DNA from: Methanobacteriota archaeon
Lineage (GTDB): Archaea; Thermoplasmatota; Poseidoniia; Poseidoniales; Thalassarchaeaceae
DNA length: 54,047 nucleotides
NCBI GenBank assembly: GCA_002698225.1
Contig: NZWD01000008.1
Coordinates: 1 to 54,047 of the forward strand
Direction of reading: 5' to 3'
Part shown: piece by piece, positions 1 through 10,766 of the stretch
How the letters are laid out: each line of letters opens with the position of its first letter
How positions within the stretch are numbered: the first letter of the stretch is position 1
The notes under the pieces: model-generated
The model's input: the letters and a program-made list of their open reading frames with translations, nothing else
The model's database searches: none
What the model was told of the DNA's origin: nothing
Position numbers and translations under genes: made by a program

Positions 1-1
1 C

Positions 2-514
2 GATGCAAATGTCATACTAGCTGATGTAATGGCATCAAACGGTATCATCCATGTCATCGACAAGGTTCTGATGCCACCAGCTGATGCTCCTGACACAACT
101 GGATGCGATGCTGTAATCGGAATCGACGACTCTGGTCTGGCATACGACACGCCCAATCTAGAGGTCGATGTCGGAGCCACCGTCTGCTGGATTTGGACTG
201 ATGAGTCAATGGCTCACAATGTCGCACAGATAGCCAAGGAAGGAGATACAACTCGCTACATGAGCGGAGTATACAGCGGCGAGTCAATGACCACAGTCGA
301 CTTCAGGCATACCTTCGATGTCGACCAGACCTTCAACTACATCTGCGAGCCACACGCGACTTCGGGTATGGCAGGTCAGATTGTAGTCGGTACTGGTAGC
401 ATCGATACGGTGGACAATGAGGAAGAGGACTCGAGTCTACCTGGATTCGGTGCTGGCATAGCCGCTTTGGCTATAGTTGGGGCCGTATTGATTGCAGGAC
501 GCAGGCTACGCTGA
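2..514 (+). CDS. Fasciclin (FAS1) + plastocyanin/halocyanin-type blue copper protein with PGF-CTERM anchor (5'-truncated)
   Basis: Frame is open from the window edge (DANVILADVMASNGIIHVIDKVLMP = FAS1 C-terminal motif). Type-1 Cu ligands HNV...YICEPHATSGM. C-terminus LPGF + TM helix + RRLR. Confidence 0.85.
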   Translation, partial: DANVILADVMASNGIIHVIDKVLMPPADAPDTTGCDAVIGIDDSGLAYDTPNLEVDVGATVCWIWTDESMAHNVAQIAKEGDTTRYMSGVYSGESMTTVDFRHTFDVDQTFNYICEPHATSGMAGQIVVGTGSIDTVDNEEEDSSLPGFGAGIAALAIVGAVLIAGRRLR

Positions 515-552
515 GCAGCACAACTATTCACCTCAAGTCTCTATGGCGCCTC

Positions 553-702
553 ATGGAATATCGAATCATTAGATCGAAGACCCTTGAGGGCCTAGAGACT
601 GAGGTGAACCAAGCGATGGATGAGGGGTGGTCCGCCACGGGCGGGCCTACCACTCTACCATTCGGCTTCGCAGGCTACTTCCAAGCCTTGGTCAGAGAGT
701 GA
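553..702 (+). CDS. Small DUF1737-like protein (49 aa), not in ORF track
   Basis: Manual translation MEYRIIRSKTLEGLETEVNQAMDEGWSATGGPTTLPFGFAGYFQALVRE fits the DUF1737 pattern (Y..L...VN..L..GW...GG.....Y.QALV). It ends directly against the ilvE stop. Confidence 0.7.
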   Translation: MEYRIIRSKTLEGLETEVNQAMDEGWSATGGPTTLPFGFAGYFQALVRE

Positions 703-1728
703 TCACTCGACGGTAACGGTCCAGCCGCGCTCGTCGGGGATCCTCCTCTGCTGAACGGCGGTAAGCTCGTCATACAGTTTCTGAGTTACTGGACCGACTT
801 CGTCACCGAACTCATAGACATGGTCTCCGAACCTGATTGAGCCGATTGGAGAGATTACTGCAGCAGTACCGGCGCAGAAACACTCGTCTGCACTCATTGC
901 ATACTCGACATCGACCTTCTCCTCTTTGACTTCGTAACCCAAATCCTCTGCAATCTCGAGCACAGACGCTCTAGTCACTCCTGGAAGGATTGTACCAGTC
1001 AGTTCAGGCGTCGAAACCACGCCGTCCTTGATACAGAAGAAGTTGGCAGCACCGACCTCCTCGATGTACCTGTGATGGACAGCATCGAGGTAGATTATCT
1101 CGGCATACCCTTCAGCTTTAGCCATCTTCGAAGGCACCATTCCGGGAGCGTAGTTACCAATCGCCTTCACCCCGCCCGAGCCACCAGGAGCAGCCCGATG
1201 AAACTCATCAGAGATCTTCAGTGAAATCGGCTTCATTCCCCCCTTGAAGTACGGCCCAACTGGTGAGACATATACGAGGAAGCGATACTCAGGAGCAGGT
1301 GCGACACCAAGAATAGCTCCACTACCCATCAGCAGCGGACGGACATACAATGCGCCCTTCCCCATAGGAGGAACCCAGCGCAGATTCTCAAGAACCGCTT
1401 GCCGCACAGCATCTTGGAACATTGCTTCTGAAACTGGAGGGATACCTAGGCGCTTAGCCCCTTCTTGCATCCTCTTTGCATTACGCTCGGGCCGGAAGAT
1501 GACTATACTGCCGTCAGCTGCTCTCTGTGCCTTCATTCCTTCAAACAGACCCTGTCCGTAATTGAGCACACCTGCAGCCGGAGACAAGGAGATATCTCCG
1601 AAGTCTTGCATTTCTCCGGGCTGCCACTCCTCGCCCTGTTTGCAGTGTGCGACATACATGCGATCGGTCTTCTGGTAACTGAAAGTCATCGAGTCCCAAT
1701 CTATCTCTGGGAGGTCGTTATCCAGCAT
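703..1728 (-). CDS. ilvE: Branched-chain amino acid aminotransferase (class IV)
   Basis: YGQGLFEGMKA, LYVRP, PLP Lys in KAIGNY, EVGAAN, ILPGVTR, GTAAVISP. Confidence 0.93.
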   Translation of the reverse strand: MLDNDLPEIDWDSMTFSYQKTDRMYVAHCKQGEEWQPGEMQDFGDISLSPAAGVLNYGQGLFEGMKAQRAADGSIVIFRPERNAKRMQEGAKRLGIPPVSEAMFQDAVRQAVLENLRWVPPMGKGALYVRPLLMGSGAILGVAPAPEYRFLVYVSPVGPYFKGGMKPISLKISDEFHRAAPGGSGGVKAIGNYAPGMVPSKMAKAEGYAEIIYLDAVHHRYIEEVGAANFFCIKDGVVSTPELTGTILPGVTRASVLEIAEDLGYEVKEEKVDVEYAMSADECFCAGTAAVISPIGSIRFGDHVYEFGDEVGPVTQKLYDELTAVQQRRIPDERGWTVTVE

Positions 1729-1864
1729 CTGCGCACCCCGATTATTCGACAGGTGAGGGGTTCGGCTTTCAACGGTTCCGCTCTTTCAGTCCGCTATCGT
1801 TTTGTGCTCCCGCCCTGACATAGGTTGAAGGCGTCTGAGCACGGCCTGACATCGAGGGGCACGC

Positions 1865-4492
1865 ATGCAGTGGGAGGAAGAGATGTGCATTGTTTCAGGT
1901 TCCTACAAGTCGGGCGAAGGTAAGCCCCATAGAACAACAATCGAGTTGTGGTGTCGCTCAAGAGCAGGACATTCGGTTACACTCTTGATCAATGGACTTC
2001 GTCCATATGTGGTAATCTCATTACCTGATGAACCAAAACCGGCTTCAGAAGCCGATTCGGCGCTGGAATATCTGCGTAGTATGGACTGGGCCGTTAATGT
2101 CACACCCGTCGGAGATAAGTGGACTAAAGATGGAGAAAAACCCCACTGGAAAGTCGAAGTCCCACAGCCTTGGATGATTACCAGAGGTCCGAATATCAGG
2201 AAGACCTTGAAGGGGATGAATTGGGAGGTCAGTAGTGCAGATATTTTGTTTGAGCGCAGATTGTTGCTAGATTATGATCTCGGGCCTCACATCCTCGCTC
2301 GCGGAGAGGTTCTCTGGGCTGGTGACAGGGCTCCTTCTGAGGTACGCGACGAGACCACTGAAGATCGTGTTACTGCTGCAGATAGAATAGTCGAGGCCGG
2401 AGGTGCGGGCCTCTACCCAACAGATATGGTTGTATCATGCAATCTAGATGCCCTCTCGAGGACAGAGCCTTTCAGGACACCATTCGTCACCTTCTCTTTT
2501 GACTTAGAGACAAGTATCCAATCCAACCGAATACTTTGCGCTGCGGCTGTGATTGACAGAGGTGGTGAGCGCAGCGAGAAATCGTTCAGAGGAGAGGAGG
2601 CGGACATAATGGAGGGTCTATCCAAACTGGTGAGGTCAGAGGACCCTGACTTCATCACCGGCTACAATATCGACAACTTCGATCTCCCTCGTATGGCTGA
2701 GAGGATGGATGTTCTGACTGGTCGCTCGAAGATGGACGGTGCAGCGCTCTATGGATGGGGCAGAGTGCCAATGCTGCAGAGTGAGTCCAACCGCCTGTTC
2801 CCAAGTAGGCAGCAGAATAGGGTCTGGCGTATTCCGGGGAGAATCTCACTTGACGCCTGGTGGCAGGTCCGCCAGACTCTCAGACCTGAGCGCGAGTCTC
2901 TACGCTATGTCTCGAAGCTGTTGTGGCCCGAGGACGAAGATATGCACAAGCTCGACATCGATGCTAGCCAGATGGACCGCGAGTGGGAAGAGCGACCAGA
3001 CGAGGTTCTCGAGTACTGCGTACGCGATACAATCCTGCCTCTAGATATCCTCGATCGGTTACAATCGGTCGCTCGTAAGGAGGCTCTGGCATCTGTATCA
3101 CTCACTACTGTTGAGACCGCTTCGGCGGGGACAACTAGCCAGTGGATCGATTCGCTGGTAATCAGGCTGGCTGATAGCACCGGTGTGGCCGTGCCGACGA
3201 CTATTTCTGGACCCCGCAGGAGGGACCAGATTGCAGGAGGCTATGTCCACGAGGTTGACGCCGGACTCAAACCATGGATTGTGGTTCTCGATTTCAAGTC
3301 GATGTACCCTTCAATCATGATCTCAAACAACATCTGCTCGACCACTCTGGTCAGGGATGATTCGACTGATGAATCATACAGCGTCTCTCCTACTACCGAG
3401 ACCAGGTATCTGTCCAAGGATGACCGACTCGGACTGGTTCCTCGCCTACTCGAGCAGCTGATGAGCAGCCGTGACCAGCACAAGACAGCACTCGCCGCGG
3501 CAAGAGAGTCTGGAGACGAGGCTGAGGCCTTCCTTCAGGACCAGCTTCAATATGCTGTGAAAATCCTGATGAATTCATTCTACGGGGTCTTCGCCTCGAG
3601 TTTCTACCGCTTCACTCATCCCGATCTCGGTGCGAGTATCACCGAGTGGGCTAGGCACAACATCAGGAAGATTATCTCGGACCTCGAAACCGAGGGCTAC
3701 GATGTCGTCTACTCTGACACCGACTCAATCTTCGTTCGCGCACCAGTAGATGCAGAGGCCCCAATCAACAAGCCAGAGGAATCATCACCTGAGTTTGAGC
3801 TATGGGACCGGGCTAGATCCGAGACTATCAGGTTCGGAGAGAGGTTAGCGGAGCGTTTCACCAAGGAAGGTGCGGAGTTAGAGTTCGAGACCGCCCTGTC
3901 GGCATTCTTCAGCCACGGCGCTAAGAAGCGTTACGTCGGGCGAGTAATCTGGCCACGTGAGGAGATGTTGATTCGTGGATATGAGGTACGCAGAACCGAC
4001 TCCTTCGCTTTGCTCACTCGCACGATGACTGAAATGTTCGAGATGATTCTCGACGGTGAGGAATGGGCGGCGGTGGAGATGACTAAGTCGGTCATAGACG
4101 AGGTCAAGGAGGGCAATGCTAACCCCTCCGATCTAGTCATCAGCCGCTCCTGCAAAGGAACTCTGAAGCGCGATGGAACGGTGGACTTCTCCAAGGTCTA
4201 CGCCAATCCAGACGGACTTCCATATGTGAGAGCTGCCAAGGAGAGAATCCGGCGAGGGTTGCAGTTCACTCCAGGAATGAAGGTAGGCTACATCGTCACT
4301 GATTCGAAGTCCAGTCCGATGTCGGTTGAGCCTTGGCTCGTCGATGAGATAGGAGAGGAACCACCGGTGTATGACCCCGCCTACTATGCTGGACGTCTCG
4401 CGAAGTCACTGGGCCGAATCACAGAGGCTTTCGATTGGTCTGAGAAGGAATTACTATCTGGCTCGAGACAGCAGTCGATTTTCGACTTCTGA
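1865..4492 (+). CDS. polB: Family B DNA polymerase with intact 3'-5' exonuclease
   Basis: ExoI FDLET, ExoII GYNIDNFD, ExoIII YCVRD, motif A DFKSMYPS, motif B KILMNSFYG, motif C YSDTDS, KKRY, C-terminal PIP-box QQSIFDF. Confidence 0.95.
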   Translation: MQWEEEMCIVSGSYKSGEGKPHRTTIELWCRSRAGHSVTLLINGLRPYVVISLPDEPKPASEADSALEYLRSMDWAVNVTPVGDKWTKDGEKPHWKVEVPQPWMITRGPNIRKTLKGMNWEVSSADILFERRLLLDYDLGPHILARGEVLWAGDRAPSEVRDETTEDRVTAADRIVEAGGAGLYPTDMVVSCNLDALSRTEPFRTPFVTFSFDLETSIQSNRILCAAAVIDRGGERSEKSFRGEEADIMEGLSKLVRSEDPDFITGYNIDNFDLPRMAERMDVLTGRSKMDGAALYGWGRVPMLQSESNRLFPSRQQNRVWRIPGRISLDAWWQVRQTLRPERESLRYVSKLLWPEDEDMHKLDIDASQMDREWEERPDEVLEYCVRDTILPLDILDRLQSVARKEALASVSLTTVETASAGTTSQWIDSLVIRLADSTGVAVPTTISGPRRRDQIAGGYVHEVDAGLKPWIVVLDFKSMYPSIMISNNICSTTLVRDDSTDESYSVSPTTETRYLSKDDRLGLVPRLLEQLMSSRDQHKTALAAARESGDEAEAFLQDQLQYAVKILMNSFYGVFASSFYRFTHPDLGASITEWARHNIRKIISDLETEGYDVVYSDTDSIFVRAPVDAEAPINKPEESSPEFELWDRARSETIRFGERLAERFTKEGAELEFETALSAFFSHGAKKRYVGRVIWPREEMLIRGYEVRRTDSFALLTRTMTEMFEMILDGEEWAAVEMTKSVIDEVKEGNANPSDLVISRSCKGTLKRDGTVDFSKVYANPDGLPYVRAAKERIRRGLQFTPGMKVGYIVTDSKSSPMSVEPWLVDEIGEEPPVYDPAYYAGRLAKSLGRITEAFDWSEKELLSGSRQQSIFDF

Positions 4493-4579
4493 ATGATGTA
4501 TTGCAAGCCTATCAAAGACGAAGCCATCAATGTCATGGCAGCGTAGGGTTGATTTCGCCCTTACTTCCAGACCTCTTTG

Positions 4580-5770
4580 ATGGCAAGCATGCGGACGCTG
4601 ACTTCACTACTCGCAATCCTACTGGTTTGCTCCCCAATGGCGGGCTGCCTTGACGCACTGTCAGGTAACGACCCACCTACCGTACAGATGTCCATGGATC
4701 CCTCTGAGAACATCAAGACGGACCAGTCGATAACCTTCAGTGCAGCTGGCTCATCGGACCCGGATGGCGATTCGATGACCTTCTCATGGACCTTCGGTGA
4801 CAGCAACACCGGCACCGGCTTGACCACAAGCCACACTTACTTGCAACCGGGGGATTATGTGGTCCGTCTGGCGGTTGGTGACGGCACCCACGAGACCACC
4901 ACTAGCAGATCTATCACTGTGCTCGATTCCTCAGCGCGTGAGCCAAATGCAGAAATTACCGCCAACAAAGACAATGATTGCGAAGGAGATGACCCACCTG
5001 GTGGAGATTTTGTCCTAGTATGGGTATGTGTCGATGACAATGACATAGATGACAGGACCATCTTAGTTTCCACCACAGTTACTCTGGATGGCTCAAGCTC
5101 ATGGGCTGGATGCGATCCTGACGATTCGAACTGCTATGCAGAGGAGTACCTAGTAGAGTACAACTGGGATCTCGACACAAACACTGACTCGGATGGGGAC
5201 GGAGACTCCCAGAACGACATCGATGCAACCGGAGAGACCTACGATTGGGAGGACTTACCTGCAGGTGCATGGGCAATCAGACTCACCGTGAAGGACAACC
5301 AAGGCCTAGTGAACCACCATGACTCCACTCTCTATGTCAACTACAGAGGAGTTTGGAATGACTTTGAGATGGATCGCCGTTATCAAGAGCCAGTGGTCAT
5401 GACATGGGAGTATCCGGTAACCTACGATGATGAGACTAAGGATAGAATCCGCTACCTAAGAGTCAAGCTGACCTATCCTGCTCAGGACGACGACCAGATT
5501 GGCGGCGGGGTACCAGGGACCACCACCAATAACAAGCTCGACTTGTACATGTACAACAGCACCAATGACGAGATAGCAAACACTTCCTCAATTGAGGATG
5601 ACAGCCGTAATGCAGGTGACTGCGCTTCTGACGATCGCTGCGTTTGGATGGTGATTGGAGGCTCAACTGTGCGTGGCTACTTACCTGGTGACTGGACAGT
5701 TGATATCGTCAACGAGGAGACTCACACCACCGAAGTCAAGTCGATGGTCATCGAGCTGCAATACAGATGA
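4580..5770 (+). CDS. Secreted/lipid-anchored PKD-domain protein
   Basis: Signal peptide with lipobox-like MAGC. PKD motifs SSDPDGD..TFSWTFGD..HTY..PG.Y.V.L.V. Second PKD-like repeat with DxDxDGDGD loop. Confidence 0.75.
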   Translation: MASMRTLTSLLAILLVCSPMAGCLDALSGNDPPTVQMSMDPSENIKTDQSITFSAAGSSDPDGDSMTFSWTFGDSNTGTGLTTSHTYLQPGDYVVRLAVGDGTHETTTSRSITVLDSSAREPNAEITANKDNDCEGDDPPGGDFVLVWVCVDDNDIDDRTILVSTTVTLDGSSSWAGCDPDDSNCYAEEYLVEYNWDLDTNTDSDGDGDSQNDIDATGETYDWEDLPAGAWAIRLTVKDNQGLVNHHDSTLYVNYRGVWNDFEMDRRYQEPVVMTWEYPVTYDDETKDRIRYLRVKLTYPAQDDDQIGGGVPGTTTNNKLDLYMYNSTNDEIANTSSIEDDSRNAGDCASDDRCVWMVIGGSTVRGYLPGDWTVDIVNEETHTTEVKSMVIELQYR

Positions 5771-5874
5771 CGGCGCCCCTATCGAAGCAATGCTCCCAAT
5801 TTCGCCCCCTAGAATAGGTGGGTGATGTTCATATATGGCCCATCGGTCGGCGGGACACTCAGAAGGTGTACATT

Positions 5875-7164
5875 ATGGGTTCACAATGGGAAGATAAGAG
5901 CAAGCCGCATTTGAATATCGTTTTCGTCGGACACGTCGACCATGGAAAGTCGACGACCGTCGGTAGACTACTATTGGACAGCGGTCACATAGAGCAGCAC
6001 GTCATTGACAAGTTCGAGCAGGAAGCCTCAGAGCGTGGAAAGGCCGGATTCGGTTTTGCCTACGTTATGGATGGTCTGAAGGAGGAGCGAGAGCGTGGAA
6101 TCACCATCGATGTCGCACACAAGGAGTTCTACACTCCTAACTACTACTTTACCGTCATCGACGCACCTGGTCACCGTGACTTCGTCAAGAACATGATTAC
6201 CGGTACTAGTCAGGCTGATGCAGCGGTCCTGAACGTAGCCGCCAACGACGGCGTCAACGCTCAGACCAAGGAGCATGCTTTCCTCGCACGCGTACTGGGT
6301 GTCCAGCAACTGATTGTCAATGTCAACAAGATGGACATCAGCGGTGTAGACTGGTCTCAGGACAAGTACAACAGTGTTGTAGCTGAGGTCACGAACCTAC
6401 TGAAGATGGCCGGTTTCAATACCGATGAGATCCCATTCGTCCCATGCAGTGCATTCGACGGTGACAACATCTTCAACAAGAGCGACAACACATCTTGGTA
6501 CAACGGTCCTACCCTCTTTGAGGCAATCGACGCTATCCAGATGCCACCTAAGCCAACCGACAGGCCTCTTCGCCTACCTATTCAGGATGTCTACAAGATT
6601 AGTGGAATCGGAACTGTGCCTGTTGGCAAGATCGAGACCGGAATTCTGAATGCTGGTAAGACCGTTGTATTCAACCCAAGTCAGCAGTCGGCTGAGGTCA
6701 AGAGCATCGAGATGCACCACACTATGGTCGACAAGGCCGAGCCCGGCGACAATGTTGGATTCAACGTCCGCGGTCTATCTGCTACAGACATCCGCCGTGG
6801 TGACGTCGCAGGATACCAGGACAACCCTCCAATGTTCGTCCGCCACGACGAGACCTTCGTCGGACAGATTCAGTTGATGGACATCCCGAAGGCGATTGGT
6901 ACTGGTTACACTCCTGTGTTCCACTGCCACACCTCACAGGTAGCAGTCCGCTTCATCGATTTGCTAGAGAAGACTTCGAAGGGTCAGAAGGAGGCCAACC
7001 CGGCATTCCTGAAGACTGGAGATGCCTGCCTCGTTCGATTCGGACCAACCAAGCCTATGGCAATCGAGCAGATGGATGTATTCCCCGAGCTTGCCCGCTT
7101 CGCAATCCGCGACATGGGTAAGACCGTGGCTGCTGGCGTCTGCATGAAGATCGACAAGAAGTGA
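5875..7164 (+). CDS. tuf: Translation elongation factor aEF-1alpha
   Basis: [51 protein letters not shown]. Start placed at ATG 5875 after GAAGGTG. Confidence 0.97.
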   Translation: MGSQWEDKSKPHLNIVFVGHVDHGKSTTVGRLLLDSGHIEQHVIDKFEQEASERGKAGFGFAYVMDGLKEERERGITIDVAHKEFYTPNYYFTVIDAPGHRDFVKNMITGTSQADAAVLNVAANDGVNAQTKEHAFLARVLGVQQLIVNVNKMDISGVDWSQDKYNSVVAEVTNLLKMAGFNTDEIPFVPCSAFDGDNIFNKSDNTSWYNGPTLFEAIDAIQMPPKPTDRPLRLPIQDVYKISGIGTVPVGKIETGILNAGKTVVFNPSQQSAEVKSIEMHHTMVDKAEPGDNVGFNVRGLSATDIRRGDVAGYQDNPPMFVRHDETFVGQIQLMDIPKAIGTGYTPVFHCHTSQVAVRFIDLLEKTSKGQKEANPAFLKTGDACLVRFGPTKPMAIEQMDVFPELARFAIRDMGKTVAAGVCMKIDKK

Positions 7165-7183
7165 TTCGGCTAGCGGTGAGTGG

Positions 7184-7513
7184 ATGCCAGTCGTCACTAC
7201 CATCAGGCTGACTGGCGAGAATCATTCCGATGTCGACCTTGTATGTGGTCAAATCAAATCTATCTCTGATGAGACAGGTGTCAATCTGCGTGGACCAATC
7301 CCTCTGCCTACTCGCAGACTTGTGGTCCCATGCCGCAAGAGCCCTGATGGAGAAGGCTCTGAGACCTGGGATCACTGGGAGATGAGGGTCCACAAGCGCC
7401 TTCTCGAGTTGGTAACCAACACAGCGAAGGACGAGAAGGCTCTGAGAAAGGTCCTAAGGATCCCTATCCCTGACTCAGTCACAATAGAGATCAGCCTACG
7501 AAACTTAGGCTAG
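7184..7513 (+). CDS. rpsJ: 30S ribosomal protein S10
   Basis: [34 protein letters not shown]; follows tuf. Confidence 0.96.
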   Translation: MPVVTTIRLTGENHSDVDLVCGQIKSISDETGVNLRGPIPLPTRRLVVPCRKSPDGEGSETWDHWEMRVHKRLLELVTNTAKDEKALRKVLRIPIPDSVTIEISLRNLG

Positions 7514-8830
7514 GCTACCCATCGGGTCCCAAGCCGGTAATATCACCGGCTCAGTCTCAAGTCCCTCAAGCATCTTCTCGGTGAGGTACTCCTTAGGTGC
7601 AGCGATTTCGAACATGTACTCATCATACCATGAGTCATTCATCGTGTAGTAGCCCTTCTGGCCGTTATCATCCCCCCATGAGTTTTCGACTCGCCACCGT
7701 CGTGGCTTACCATTCACCACATCAACTCCGGTGAACAGCATGGCATGAGTCATCATCGTCTGGTTATGCCTCAATCTGTCCGCCTTATCCATGCCGTAAC
7801 TCACTCCGTACAGTCCCTCGACATCGTACAGATTGGCATCCCATAACCCTCTCTTTCGATCCATCTCCTTGCCGACATCGCACCCCATCCAAACTGGAGT
7901 ACCATCCTCTAACAGCTTCTGTGTAATCGCCTTCATCTCCTTGCTCGGCACGTTGAGATAGACCACGGGAGGGCCTCCAGCGACATTCTGAAGAAAGTCA
8001 ACAGTGTAAGTACGATAGTACTCGTTTCTTGGGTCATTGACCACACACAAGTAGTCCTCCCATTCGATATCCACATACTCGGCGGCGAACTCTCGGGGAG
8101 TCATCCTGCCTTTACGGTGAAATTCTCCATCCTTGTCTCTCCACTGCCAATCAAAGCTCTTCGGAGGCGTTCCCAAGTGAATGCAAAGCATCTTCCAAAC
8201 ATCAGCCATCCGCTTCTCTTTGTGAGCGCGAGCATCTTTCACAGTCCCACCTTCCTCAAGGATGCCGCGAATCTCGCAAGCAGAAGTCCTGAGGAAATTC
8301 TTCAGTTCGGTATTCATCCAACGCGTGGAACTGCTGGTATTTGATTCTGGATAGGCCGACTTGGGAACCAGTCCGTGCTTACGAATCAGGTTCATCGCCA
8401 TGTTCCACTGACCGCCGTCACCTATTGGGTCAGAGAGCAGGAAGTGGATGGTACGGTCGTCAACAGGCCTGTCAGATGTCTCAATAATTGCCTCAAGCAG
8501 ATGGTTTGAACGCTCGAATTTGTCCCAGAAGTGGATGTGCGCCTGACTGAACTCAAAATTCTTGACATTCATCTTCTTCATTGTCCCAGGCCTGAACAGA
8601 TTCAGCGTGGCAAACAGCCAACAACGCCCACTCCTCTTCTGTGCAGTCACTTTCCATTCATCCAACTTGGTGCTGAATGTGTTGTCAATATCTTGGACAA
8701 TGTCCCTGTTCAAAGTCAGATCAGGTAACTGCACATTGGTCACAGCGTTCTGTGCCACTCTATTCGACGGGTCGGAGCCGAACTCCTTCCTCAATTGCTC
8801 AACTTGCTTTCTAGTGATTGTCTTGCCCAT
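7505..8830 (-). CDS. pepC: Aminopeptidase C / bleomycin hydrolase (peptidase C1B)
   Basis: [11 protein letters not shown] (catalytic Cys), DGGQW, THAM (His), VENSWG (Asn), C-terminal WDPMGSLA. Confidence 0.93.
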   Translation of the reverse strand: MGKTITRKQVEQLRKEFGSDPSNRVAQNAVTNVQLPDLTLNRDIVQDIDNTFSTKLDEWKVTAQKRSGRCWLFATLNLFRPGTMKKMNVKNFEFSQAHIHFWDKFERSNHLLEAIIETSDRPVDDRTIHFLLSDPIGDGGQWNMAMNLIRKHGLVPKSAYPESNTSSSTRWMNTELKNFLRTSACEIRGILEEGGTVKDARAHKEKRMADVWKMLCIHLGTPPKSFDWQWRDKDGEFHRKGRMTPREFAAEYVDIEWEDYLCVVNDPRNEYYRTYTVDFLQNVAGGPPVVYLNVPSKEMKAITQKLLEDGTPVWMGCDVGKEMDRKRGLWDANLYDVEGLYGVSYGMDKADRLRHNQTMMTHAMLFTGVDVVNGKPRRWRVENSWGDDNGQKGYYTMNDSWYDEYMFEIAAPKEYLTEKMLEGLETEPVILPAWDPMGSLA

Positions 8831-8880
8831 TGGCTCACCTATGGTGAGCCAATCATCCTCAGACGACACTAAGTCATTCC

Positions 8881-9765
8881 TCAAAGTGGGGCGGGCTCCG
8901 CTAGACCAGCAGCGACCAAAGTCTCAGCAATCAGAGACGAGCACGACTCGACATCACCCGCGGTCAGCACCATCTCTGAACCATCCGCGGAAATAATCGG
9001 ATCATCTAGATCCTTGAGAATCAGAATCCGCATCAACCCATCATCATCAGCAGGAGCAGTAGGAGCAGGAGGAGATGAGGCTCCGGTGGCGCGATCCGGA
9101 AAAGCGTCAATTTGTCTAATCCGATCTTCCTCATCAAAATCGGGATCATCCCAATCACCCGAAGAAGCGGGCTGCTCGGAGGCCGGAGCTGGAGATACAG
9201 AATTCTCTTCTTGTGGTTCAGAGAACTCTGTGAGTGGAGAATGGCCAACGGCCTTGGGGACGGTGGTCGAATCTATACTGGAGCCATGCTGCAGGGCGTT
9301 CCAAGAGACCTCATGCTTGTATTTCTCAATCAGATGTCCAATGCCGGCGTGAAAAGCTCGCTCTGAAGAGTCGTGCCTCTGCCAGTCAATTCCCTGGAAG
9401 CCCGAGCTTGCACTCATTGCATCCCCCCGATGCGACTTCATCAGATTAGAGAGGACTGCGTTCTGGGTGAACGCGTTGAGACGCAATCTAGTCAGATCGC
9501 TGATACAGGTCCTGATGTTTCCCAGTCTACGTGACTTCATTTGGGCCTCAGCACCCATGCCCTTGTCACGAATGGTCTCAGAGATTTCGGTCTCGAGATG
9601 ATGCAATAACTGGCCGACTGAGGCCCAGAATGCGGGTACAGGTAAATCGACTGGAACGGCTTGGCTCTTCTGCTTCCTGAGTAGTTCGAACAAAGACTTC
9701 TCGACCACTGACAACTGCTTCCCGTTGAGTCTAGGTGCTTCATCTCCATCTTCCATCACAGCCAC
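8881..9765 (-). CDS. DNA replication complex GINS protein (Gins51/Gins15 type), divergent
   Basis: Helical A-domain (LGNIRTCISDLTRLRL), acidic Pro-rich linker, C-terminal B-domain (MRILILKDL...DG..L.AGDV.....AETLV..GLAE). Confidence 0.65.
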   Translation of the reverse strand: MAVMEDGDEAPRLNGKQLSVVEKSLFELLRKQKSQAVPVDLPVPAFWASVGQLLHHLETEISETIRDKGMGAEAQMKSRRLGNIRTCISDLTRLRLNAFTQNAVLSNLMKSHRGDAMSASSGFQGIDWQRHDSSERAFHAGIGHLIEKYKHEVSWNALQHGSSIDSTTVPKAVGHSPLTEFSEPQEENSVSPAPASEQPASSGDWDDPDFDEEDRIRQIDAFPDRATGASSPPAPTAPADDDGLMRILILKDLDDPIISADGSEMVLTAGDVESCSSLIAETLVAAGLAEPAPL

Positions 9766-9868
9766 CCGCTACGAGTGGGACGCAGGTAATTATTGAACAA
9801 TTCCTCGCAACCACCACTCGCCGCTCCGGAGGCGCGGGTATCAAGACCCCAACTCCCTTCCACACGCC

Positions 9869-9953
9869 GCAGGTGTACCCGAGTGGTCAAAGGGGGAGGG
9901 CTCAAGATCCTCTGCGTAGTGCTTCGCAGGTTCGAATCCTGCCGCCTGCACCA
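9869..9953 (+). tRNA. tRNA-Leu(CAA), CCA encoded, no intron
   Basis: Acceptor GCAGGTG/CGCCTGC, D-arm CCGAGTGGTCAAAGG, anticodon stem GAGGG-CTCAAGA-TCCTC, long variable arm, T-loop GTTCGAATC, 3' ACCA. Confidence 0.95.
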
Positions 9954-9960
9954 TCTCATC

Positions 9961-10686
9961 TCATAGGATGTCTAGCAAAGCCTTGAGCAACTCGGCTGTT
10001 CCTTCTATGCCGTGACTGACTGTCAAGTAGTCAGCCGCTTCGACTACTTCACTGAGACTACTATTCACAGCCACAGAATATCCACAGTATCTGAACATGG
10101 GTACATCGTTGAGAGCATCCCCACATGAAAGGACCCTGCTAGCGGCTACTCCTCGCTGTTCCAAAGCCACTCTCAGACCTGCTTCCTTGTCGATTCCAGG
10201 ACATGTGATGTGAATCGCAAATCCTGTCGATACTACCACTAGGTCAGACCACTCTGTTTGTGACAGCAGACTTCTCATCAACTTCTCCTGTTTAGTCTCT
10301 AACATGCACCACTCGGTCTCTCTCCAACGGTTGGATTCGATGCCTTTTGCATCGAACCCTTCGATTTGCGTCGCCAGCCATTGCGCCGCCTGCAGGGGCC
10401 TCGAACCATCTGCTAGAATCTGTAATTCATGCCCTTCGGGGCTGTCCCAGACTACTCCGCCATTCTCGGCCACAATGAATCCAGACACTCCGAGGGCCTG
10501 CCGGATTGGAGTGATATTGGGAAGAGCCCTACCTGAGGCAAGTGAGACAGTCACCCCCCTCTCCTCAACCTCACGAATCAACGGAATCAAGTCAGGATGG
10601 AACCCGCTTGAATCTAGTAGAGTCCCATCGATATCGAAGACCAACATATCGATTTCCAAATCGTCTGGTAAGCCACCCATATACAT
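9961..10686 (-). CDS. HAD-IIB hydrolase, archaeal phosphoglycolate phosphatase-like
   Basis: FDIDGTL, ASGR, AENGG, DK..GL, GDALNDVPM. Confidence 0.85.
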   Translation of the reverse strand: MYMGGLPDDLEIDMLVFDIDGTLLDSSGFHPDLIPLIREVEERGVTVSLASGRALPNITPIRQALGVSGFIVAENGGVVWDSPEGHELQILADGSRPLQAAQWLATQIEGFDAKGIESNRWRETEWCMLETKQEKLMRSLLSQTEWSDLVVVSTGFAIHITCPGIDKEAGLRVALEQRGVAASRVLSCGDALNDVPMFRYCGYSVAVNSSLSEVVEAADYLTVSHGIEGTAELLKALLDIL

Positions 10687-10766
10687 CGGGGGCGACTCTT
10701 TGCTGATGACTTAATCCCTCATAGACTACACATCATATTCAAGCGACACGACGAGATGGCATAGAC

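Noticed and set aside
1865-4492. PolB as inactivated, intein-containing or viral/casposon polymerase
   Set aside because: All exonuclease and polymerase motifs are intact, there are no intein signatures, a PIP-box is present and the context is chromosomal.
5818-5874. N-terminal extensions given by the ORF track (tuf, pepC, rpl7ae, Hc1, dys, uvrB, slyD, dus, GT4)
   Set aside because: They run into promoters or neighbouring genes; downstream starts fit family lengths and SD or overlap signals better.
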